Part shown: in pieces, positions 14,198 through 19,601 of the stretch
Layout: each line of letters opens with the position of its first letter
Numbering within the stretch: the first letter of the stretch is position 1
From: a virus
IMG/VR virus record: IMGVR_UViG_3300045988_015272
Span: 1 to 19,601 of that record
Direction: 5' to 3' (one strand)
Length of the DNA stretch: 19,601 nt
Notes under the pieces: model-generated
Told to the model about the DNA's origin: nothing
Database searches by the model: none
What the model saw: only the letters and a program-made list of their open reading frames with translations
Made by a program: the position numbers and the translations under genes

Positions 14198-15655
14198 ATG
14201 GCTACCGTATATACAAAAACCGATAATTACGGCCTAAATTTGTATGGCGACAATGACCCCGCCGATCTGAGGGACGGCTACAACGGCTCCATGCGAACCA
14301 TCGATACCACGCTGGAAACGCACCTCAATCGTATCGAGGGCGTGGAAGCGCGAGAAACCCATGACGAAGCAGTGATGAAAGCACTGCTCGGCGACAATAC
14401 GGTGGACAGTGCGACCAGTGCGAAAACCAAATGGGATAAGGCCGGCACGGACGCAGTTGAGGCAATGGCGGATGCTGCTTCAGCAGTCGGAAAAGCCAAT
14501 GCGAATACCACTGTTCTTACCGCATTGGGAGCCGACACTACCGCACACGCAGCCGCGAATAAAACCAAGTGGGATAAGGCCGGCACGGACGCCACAACCG
14601 CCATCGGCAAGGCCGGCTCGAACAAGGATATTCTCGACGCGCTCGGCGCGGATTCCACCGATAATGCCACCGCTGCGAAAACAAGGTGGGATAAAAACAC
14701 TACGGATATCACCGCATTGTCTTCGTCGGTTTCCTCTAATGCGGCTCAGATTGTGGCGATCAAGGAAAAATTGGGTCAGGCGCAATATTCGGACGGATAC
14801 CTCGTAACGTTCGGTGACTCATATGCGGATAACACTCGCGAGCGTACGTGGTCCTACCAGTTGTCCGCCATGCTCCCAGAATTGACATGGAAAAACTATG
14901 CGAAAGCCGGTGCGGGCTTTAACGTGGCCGGTATCCCGACTTTTGCGCAGCAGATCGCCAACTGCGTTGCCGACCCTACCGTGGATAAGTCCAAGGTCAA
15001 GGTTGCCGTCTGCGCCGGTGGCCGCAACGATATCTTGAACTATGACACCGGACTTCCGAAGGCGCGTGAGGTTGTGTCGGCAATGGCGGCAGCGTTTCCG
15101 AACGCGATCGTCGTGATTGCTCCCATGCTGTTCGATCACGCCACTCTTAATGAGGATGGAATGAATAAATATAGTGGATTGTTCAACGGCGCGATCGCTG
15201 GCGGTTTGGGCAATCATCGTGTGGTGGTGGCCGATAGTGCTTACGTGTGGTGCAAGAGCGAAACCGGTTGGTTCCCATCGAATGATATTCACCCTAACGA
15301 GACGGGCGCTAAGGTCATTGCAAAATACCTGTACACGGCTTGCCGTGATAGTTACCGTGGCAGGCAGGAGTATGCCGTTTCCATGCTTGGCAGCATGCCG
15401 GTGGAATTCAAGCTGCAAAACGGCCTTATTGTTGCGGACGGGCAAGGTCGGATTCCATCGATCGGCGCAGGCAAGGGTGGAGATTTGGCGAAATGGGCGT
15501 ACCCACGTCACAATATTTGGCAGTGGATAGTCACCGGTGGCAGTACCGAAAAGCCAAAGTTGGCGTTCATTCAGCCCAACGGTGAGTGGGGGGTTTTCAA
15601 TCCAGTCGTAGGAGATCAGGGCAATGCAAGCTTCATGGCATCCTACGCAGCTTAA
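14198..15655 (+). CDS. Second tail appendage with C-terminal SGNH/GDSL hydrolase (esterase) domain
   Basis: The N-terminal ~85 aa are paralogous to 12406..14154. Three tandem KT(K/R)WDK repeats follow. SGNH blocks are present: FGDSYA (Ser block), CAGGRND (Gly/Asn block) and NDIHPN (DxxH block). Confidence 0.8.
   Translation: MATVYTKTDNYGLNLYGDNDPADLRDGYNGSMRTIDTTLETHLNRIEGVEARETHDEAVMKALLGDNTVDSATSAKTKWDKAGTDAVEAMADAASAVGKANANTTVLTALGADTTAHAAANKTKWDKAGTDATTAIGKAGSNKDILDALGADSTDNATAAKTRWDKNTTDITALSSSVSSNAAQIVAIKEKLGQAQYSDGYLVTFGDSYADNTRERTWSYQLSAMLPELTWKNYAKAGAGFNVAGIPTFAQQIANCVADPTVDKSKVKVAVCAGGRNDILNYDTGLPKAREVVSAMAAAFPNAIVVIAPMLFDHATLNEDGMNKYSGLFNGAIAGGLGNHRVVVADSAYVWCKSETGWFPSNDIHPNETGAKVIAKYLYTACRDSYRGRQEYAVSMLGSMPVEFKLQNGLIVADGQGRIPSIGAGKGGDLAKWAYPRHNIWQWIVTGGSTEKPKLAFIQPNGEWGVFNPVVGDQGNASFMASYAA
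14423..14706 (+). repeat. In-frame tandem repeats inside the fibre gene (periods 138 and 117 nt)
   Basis: AAAACCAAATGGGATAAGGCCGGCACGGACGC at 14423 and AAAACCAAGTGGGATAAGGCCGGCACGGACGC at 14561 differ at 1 of 32 positions. A degenerate third copy starts at 14678. A single copy occurs in the first fibre gene at about 12631. Confidence 0.85.
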
Positions 15656-15670
15656 TTCCCGCCGATAGTC

Positions 15671-15705
15671 AATAGCCATATCCTATAATTAAGGATATGG
15701 CTATT
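15671..15705 (+). promoter_or_regulatory. 14-bp hairpin sequestering the RBS and start codon of the tail lysin gene
   Basis: AATAGCCATATCCT (15671-15684) pairs perfectly with AGGATATGGCTATT (15692-15705), with loop ATAATTA. The 3' arm contains the SD (AGGA) and ATG 15697. Confidence 0.55.
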
Positions 15706-16908
15706 ACTTTTACGCAATGGATTGACCAGACGAAAAACCGTTTTTGGGACATGGACGGCGCGTATGGCGCGCAATGCTGGGACTTATGGGCCAAGTACAG
15801 TATGGACATGTACGGCATGTCCATTCAGGATTGCATAACCCCTACCGGCTATGCAGGAGGATTGTACACCGCATACCCCGTATCCGCACGGTGCGAACAA
15901 GTGTACGAACGGATTCCAGCAAACGGATACTCGCCAGTGGCTGGGGATGTGGCAATATGGGGGTACGGCGCGTACACCCCCTACACGCATGTCGCCATAG
16001 TCGCGGGAGACGGCGTAAAAGATGGCAGAATCTACGTGATCACGCAAAATCCTGACGCCAGCGCACTTAAATGGTTCCCGATCGACGGACTTTTAGGCTA
16101 TCTGCATCCCCGTACCATGTCTAAGCCGGACGTGGACAATCCCACCGGTGACAACAATCAAGGGAACCCCGACACCGCGCGCGGGGGAGCGTGGATACAC
16201 TGGCAGGGCGACAATCTCTACTTGCATGAAACCGACAACAGCGGTGCAAGGGCGCGTATTTTCTACAAAACCACCGCGAACAATTTTTCCGAAAAAGCGT
16301 CACAAGGTCAACCGTCCGATAGTAACGGTCAGGCGCACCCGTCAACCTCAGTGTCACCGGAAAACTCTTACGCTTTATACGTGGTCGGCACGGTGGAAGC
16401 CGGTTTACGGTGGGATGCAGTGGAAGCGGCCAATCTACAGGGTATCGGCATAGCTCAATGGAGTTTCGGTAGACGTTTGCAAGTGTTGAATGCGATGAAA
16501 TCTGCCGACCCGACCGGCTATGCAACATTCAAAACCTCAGCACCGCAGATCGCGGCACTCATGGAGAGCGGGGGAGATTTTACACGAACCCTGACACAAA
16601 CGGAAGCGTCCGCATTCAAGACGTGGGCGGCACGTAGTGAATCGCATGAGGGACAACGCAAGCAGTTCGCGGAAGATTACGCCGGATATCCACAAGAATA
16701 CGATGATGATAAAATGCAAATCTTGTGGGTGACCGCATATCACCAGTCACCCGCTAACGCGCTCAAAGTGCCGAAAGCGTCGAATCTTGCACAGCTCAAA
16801 ACCAATATTTTGAGCACGTATCCATTCCAACCATATACAAGTCGATACAATCAAGCATATTCACTATTGTCCGTATGGGATGGAAAATCGAATCCACCCG
16901 CATTCTAA
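15697..16908 (+). CDS. Tail-associated peptidoglycan hydrolase: N-terminal CHAP plus C-terminal phage tail lysozyme-like domain (phi29 gp13 analogue)
   Basis: CHAP signature is DMDGAYGAQCWDLW..YTHVAIV. The C-terminal QGIGIAQWSFGRR and WVTAYHQSPANA resemble phi29 gp13 N-domain GFGLVQWTPAS and FLASYERPANP. The position after the appendage genes matches gp13. Confidence 0.85.
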   Translation: MAITFTQWIDQTKNRFWDMDGAYGAQCWDLWAKYSMDMYGMSIQDCITPTGYAGGLYTAYPVSARCEQVYERIPANGYSPVAGDVAIWGYGAYTPYTHVAIVAGDGVKDGRIYVITQNPDASALKWFPIDGLLGYLHPRTMSKPDVDNPTGDNNQGNPDTARGGAWIHWQGDNLYLHETDNSGARARIFYKTTANNFSEKASQGQPSDSNGQAHPSTSVSPENSYALYVVGTVEAGLRWDAVEAANLQGIGIAQWSFGRRLQVLNAMKSADPTGYATFKTSAPQIAALMESGGDFTRTLTQTEASAFKTWAARSESHEGQRKQFAEDYAGYPQEYDDDKMQILWVTAYHQSPANALKVPKASNLAQLKTNILSTYPFQPYTSRYNQAYSLLSVWDGKSNPPAF

Positions 16909-16912
16909 AGTG

Positions 16913-16921
16913 TGGTATAAT
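16913..16921 (+). promoter_or_regulatory. Extended -10 element (TGgTATAAT) upstream of the packaging ATPase gene
   Basis: Exact TGnTATAAT 5 nt after the stop of the lysin gene. Confidence 0.45.
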
Positions 16922-16970
16922 AATCGATGTCGGCATGTGATAACTTCCCTTGAGCCGACCGTAACTACAC

Positions 16971-17006
16971 GGGGAGCGTAACGGCGGTCATGACGTTACG
17001 CTCCCC
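16971..17006 (+). promoter_or_regulatory. 13-bp GC-rich hairpin in the ATPase leader (terminator/attenuator or RNA element)
   Basis: GGGGAGCGTAACG (16971-16983) pairs with CGTTACGCTCCCC (16994-17006), with a 10-nt loop. It is followed by ATTACTTT, a weak U-tract, and then AGGAGG and ATG 17030. Confidence 0.5.
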
Positions 17007-17029
17007 ATTACTTTAGGAGGTGAGCAGAC

Positions 17030-18097
17030 ATGGCGTTACAGACATTGGCCGAAGATGACTACTACGACTTGCATGATCTGCTCACCCGTAACGCGCCGTG
17101 GAATTTTGTGATCGGGGCGCGTGGACTTGGCAAGACTTTTGCCGCAAAACGATACGGCATCAAAGAGTATATTAAGAACGGCCATGAATTTATTTATCTG
17201 CGTCGCACTGATGTGGAACAACACCGCAAGGAAACGTTTTTCAAGGACATTCAAGAATTTTTCCCCTCCTATGAATTTCGCGTGAATGGCGAAAAAGGGC
17301 AGATTCATAAGACGTCATGGGATGAGAAAGATTGGCGCACATGCTGCTATTTCATCGCACTATCGCAGGCAGGCGGATTGAAATCGGTAGCCTACCCTAA
17401 AGTTCATTTGATTATTTTCGATGAAATCTTTCCCGACAACCTACGATTTTTGAGCAATGAGGTAAACAGTTTTAGCGAATTTTACAATACTGTTGACCGT
17501 TGGCAAGATAGGACAAAAGTGCTGTTTTTGTCCAACGCAGTGCAAAAGGCTAATCCTTATTTCGCGAAATACCGGTTGGACATTGGCGCTCAGCAAGCCA
17601 ACCAGCAGCAATATAAGTTGTATTGTGGGGGGTTCGTGTGTCTCGAATTGGCTGATTACGGCGGATTCAGCGCGAAAGTCGCCAAGTCAAAGTTCGGACG
17701 GTTCCTTGAGCAGTACGACGTCGACTATGCCGACTATGCAATACGTAACAAATTCCGTGACGAATCGGACACGCTGCTAGCCCCCATCCCTACAGACGGA
17801 GAATTGTCCTACGTCCTAGACACTACCGATTATGCGCGTTTCGGTATATGGGTGAGTGTTTCCGAGCGTGACGGGCACGTTTCACAATATGTTTCACGAC
17901 GTATCCCGAAAGACAATACTCGCCCCGTCTACACGCTAGACCCCAATCACGTTGACGAAAAAACATGGTACGTCAAAAAATCAGATGATATCATACGGCG
18001 ACTCACCACCGGCTACCGACTGGGCAAGATAAGATTTGATGATTCACAGGTCAAGGCCGATTTTGGGTTGATCATTGGCGAACTGTTAGGAAAATAG
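17030..18097 (+). CDS. DNA encapsidation (packaging) ATPase, phi29 gp16-like
   Basis: Walker A is NFVIGARGLGKT near the N-terminus and Walker B is HLIIFDE. Size (355 aa) and motif layout match gp16-family ATPases. Strong AGGAGG RBS. Confidence 0.9.
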   Translation: MALQTLAEDDYYDLHDLLTRNAPWNFVIGARGLGKTFAAKRYGIKEYIKNGHEFIYLRRTDVEQHRKETFFKDIQEFFPSYEFRVNGEKGQIHKTSWDEKDWRTCCYFIALSQAGGLKSVAYPKVHLIIFDEIFPDNLRFLSNEVNSFSEFYNTVDRWQDRTKVLFLSNAVQKANPYFAKYRLDIGAQQANQQQYKLYCGGFVCLELADYGGFSAKVAKSKFGRFLEQYDVDYADYAIRNKFRDESDTLLAPIPTDGELSYVLDTTDYARFGIWVSVSERDGHVSQYVSRRIPKDNTRPVYTLDPNHVDEKTWYVKKSDDIIRRLTTGYRLGKIRFDDSQVKADFGLIIGELLGK

Positions 18098-18109
18098 GAG
18101 GCAATAGTA

Positions 18110-18481
18110 ATGACAATGACCCCAACGGACGTATGGTGCGTGTTCGCGGTAGTCTTTTTTATCATCGTAGACTACGTTACCGGACTTGCTAAAGCCATAC
18201 TCAACGACACGCTCAATTCGCAAAAAATGCGGCAGGGTTTATGGCATAAGTTCGCCTATCTCATGCTCACTCTCGTAGCATATTTCGTGGACATGATCAA
18301 CCTCCATGTAGACCTCGGACTGCCGGTCAGTGTATTCGTCTGCACCGTAGGCGGCATTAGTCTGATCGAACTCACCTCAATCCTCGAAAACATCACCGCC
18401 ATCAATCCAGAGTTGGCGGACGCACCATTTATGAGTGTATTCGCACAAAACGATACCCCCAAACATAAGAAGGAGAACTGA
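18110..18481 (+). CDS. Holin (phage_holin_4_1 / toxin-secretion holin family)
   Basis: Three hydrophobic helices are present. Family-typical DYVTGLAKA near the N-terminus and IELTSILEN in the last helix, followed by a charged C-terminal tail. It lies immediately upstream of the endolysin. Confidence 0.85.
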   Translation: MTMTPTDVWCVFAVVFFIIVDYVTGLAKAILNDTLNSQKMRQGLWHKFAYLMLTLVAYFVDMINLHVDLGLPVSVFVCTVGGISLIELTSILENITAINPELADAPFMSVFAQNDTPKHKKEN

Positions 18482-18482
18482 C

Positions 18483-19160
18483 ATGGATATTCGAACATGG
18501 ATGAACACGGTTAACGGTAAGATTATCGACATGGACGGCGCATACGGCGGGCAATGCTGGGACCTTTGGAGCAGCTACGCACGAAACGTTTACGGCATTC
18601 CAGCAGCCGACACCAACACGGTAGACGGATACGCGGCAAGCGTCTACACCGCGCGATACGATCGCTCCCAAGCATTGCAAAACGCTTTCACCCGCGAAGC
18701 AGGCAACTATACCCCCGTATATGGTGATGTGGCGTTTTGGGACGGCAACGGTATGAACCATGTCGCCATCGTAGTAAAAGACAATGGCAACGGCACACTG
18801 TCCACCATGTCACAAAATCCAGACAAGGCCGGATACGTCACACTCAGCAAGGCCGGAATCATCGGCTACTTCCACCCCCGCTCGGCAAACACGCCGGCAC
18901 CCGCACCGAGCAACAATACTGTGACTATCATCCCGCGCACCTACAAAGTCAACGTTGACGTGCTCAATGTTCGCTCGGCACCGTCCACTTCAGCACAGGT
19001 AGTCGCACAGTATCATTACGGACAAACCGTCAACCTTGCCGAAGGTGGTGTAATCGCAGACGGGTACATTTGGGCACACTATACCGGCGATTCAGGCGCA
19101 ACCCGATACGTTGCACTCGCCCCAGCCGACAAATCAGCATGGTATCTCGTATTCGCCTAA
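18483..19160 (+). CDS. Endolysin: CHAP amidase/endopeptidase plus C-terminal SH3b cell-wall-binding domain
   Basis: CHAP signature is DMDGAYGGQCWDLW..NHVAIV. SH3b signature is YKVNVDVLNVRSAPSTSAQVVAQYHYGQTV..GYIWAHY. AAGGAGAA RBS precedes ATG 18483; the track start at 18435 lies inside the holin gene. Confidence 0.9.
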   Translation: MDIRTWMNTVNGKIIDMDGAYGGQCWDLWSSYARNVYGIPAADTNTVDGYAASVYTARYDRSQALQNAFTREAGNYTPVYGDVAFWDGNGMNHVAIVVKDNGNGTLSTMSQNPDKAGYVTLSKAGIIGYFHPRSANTPAPAPSNNTVTIIPRTYKVNVDVLNVRSAPSTSAQVVAQYHYGQTVNLAEGGVIADGYIWAHYTGDSGATRYVALAPADKSAWYLVFA

Positions 19161-19176
19161 ATTGACCGCATAAAAT

Positions 19177-19205
19177 AAGCCCCTAGGTTACTCACCTAGG
19201 GGCTT
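19177..19205. terminator. Bidirectional intrinsic terminator between convergent genes
   Basis: An 11-bp stem pairs AAGCCCCTAGG (19177-19187) with CCTAGGGGCTT (19195-19205), with a 7-nt loop. T-rich tracts lie on both strands. It sits between the endolysin gene (+) and 19212..19457 (-). Confidence 0.75.
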
Positions 19206-19240
19206 TATTTATCACCACGTCCGAGCAAACGCTTCCATAT
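19177..19240. repeat. Internal third copy of the ITR inner segment (direct repeat of 19522-19587)
   Basis: CCTAGGGGCTTTATTTATCACC at 19195-19216 is 22/22 identical to 19540-19561. The hairpin arm CCCCTAGG at 19180-19187 equals 19525-19532, and AACGCTTC at 19228-19235 equals 19577-19584. Confidence 0.8.
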
Positions 19241-19457
19241 CCTCAGCGGAGAATAGAAGCAAACCATCATCCGTTTCATAAGGCAAAAGGAATTGATACG
19301 AATCATACAAGGCAACGCCGTAATCATCAACAACCTGATCACGATCAATCGAACTCGTAACACCGTCCTTGACGCCATGAAGAGTTACGGACGGGTCATC
19401 CCACAAAGTGGCGAGAAATTCGTTCTTTTCCTTGAAAGTCATATTTGAAATCATCAT
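19212..19457 (-). CDS. Right-end early protein, small and strongly acidic (81 aa)
   Basis: This is the only convincing - strand gene. AAGGAAGGA RBS, its own inward-facing promoter and the bidirectional terminator support it. About 16 D/E against 5 K/R by hand count. Confidence 0.7.
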   Translation of the reverse strand: MMISNMTFKEKNEFLATLWDDPSVTLHGVKDGVTSSIDRDQVVDDYGVALYDSYQFLLPYETDDGLLLFSAEDMEAFARTW

Positions 19458-19492
19458 TTCTATTTTTTCCTTCCTTTGAAGTCGATACTCAC

Positions 19493-19501
19493 ATCATAAC
19501 A
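19493..19501 (-). promoter_or_regulatory. Right-end inward promoter, extended -10 (TGtTATGAT on the - strand)
   Basis: The reverse complement reads TTTTTGTTTGTGTTATGAT, homologous to the left-end TTTTTGTTTGTGCTATAAT (115-133). It lies about 36 nt upstream of the - strand start codon. Confidence 0.55.
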
Positions 19502-19524
19502 CAAACAAAAACACATATAAAAAC

Positions 19525-19601
19525 CCCCTAGGCAATAAACCTAGGGGCTTTATTTATCACCTATCACGCATTCTCGAACGCTTCAATAAAATCATCATTC
19601 G
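19525..19601. repeat. Right inverted terminal repeat (77 bp perfect)
   Basis: Exact reverse complement of 1-77. Contains the same CCCCTAGG-N7-CCTAGGGG hairpin. Confidence 0.95.

Noticed and set aside
14409-14807. 132-aa + strand alternative-frame ORF (Pro/Arg-rich) inside the fibre repeat region
   Set aside because: It is an artefact of the repetitive Ala/Thr/Lys-coding DNA. The annotated frame carries the conserved repeats and continues into the SGNH domain.
14819-15679. 286-aa - strand ORF, plus other long antisense ORFs at 5835..6443, 8513..9100, 1868..2380 and 12879..13283
   Set aside because: They are shadow frames opposite well-supported + strand genes with recognisable domains. They have no RBS, and their composition (Arg/Cys/His-rich) is typical of antisense translation.
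18435-18482. 16-codon N-terminal extension of the endolysin ORF
   Set aside because: It lies inside the holin gene. ATG 18483 follows AAGGAGAA with good spacing, and the CHAP domain begins just after it.
1-19601. Search for tRNA genes, CRISPR arrays, integrase/repressor lysogeny functions, transposases and homing endonucleases
   Set aside because: I saw no cloverleaf-like segments, no repeat-spacer arrays and no recombinase or HNH/GIY-YIG motifs. Coding density leaves no room for them. The genome looks strictly lytic.

Overview
The window appears to be the complete 19,601-bp linear genome of a small phi29-like, protein-primed podovirus (Picovirinae/Salasmaviridae-type architecture). The host is unidentified but probably Gram-positive. 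Both ends carry identical 77-bp inverted terminal repeats (ITRs), and genes are tightly packed and nearly all on the + strand. The order is: (1) a left early block of small ORFs (169-2287), including two sub-60-aa ORFs missing from the track; (2) a replication module with an SSB-like protein, a basic putative terminal protein and a family-B DNA polymerase with TPR-length insertions; (3) a 230-nt non-coding gap bounded by an extended -10 promoter and an intrinsic terminator; (4) a morphogenesis/lysis block with acidic scaffold, phi29 gp8-like capsid, gp9-like tail knob, gp10-like portal, lower collar, two enzymatic tail appendages sharing an N-terminal module, a CHAP+lysozyme tail lysin, gp16-like packaging ATPase, holin and CHAP-SH3b endolysin; (5) one inward-facing acidic gene on the - strand at the right end. 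The lead finding is the non-coding gap, which hand-folds into a phi29 pRNA-like architecture with a complementary bulge/hairpin loop pair. I propose it as a candidate packaging RNA. Other notable points are a polymerase with no ExoI DxE motif, ITRs that look like an internally deleted copy of the right-end gene cassette, a triplicated tail-fibre anchor module including a stand-alone 54-aa copy, and a 14-bp hairpin that buries the RBS and start codon of the tail lysin gene. All homology statements come from motif recognition by eye, since no searches could be run.
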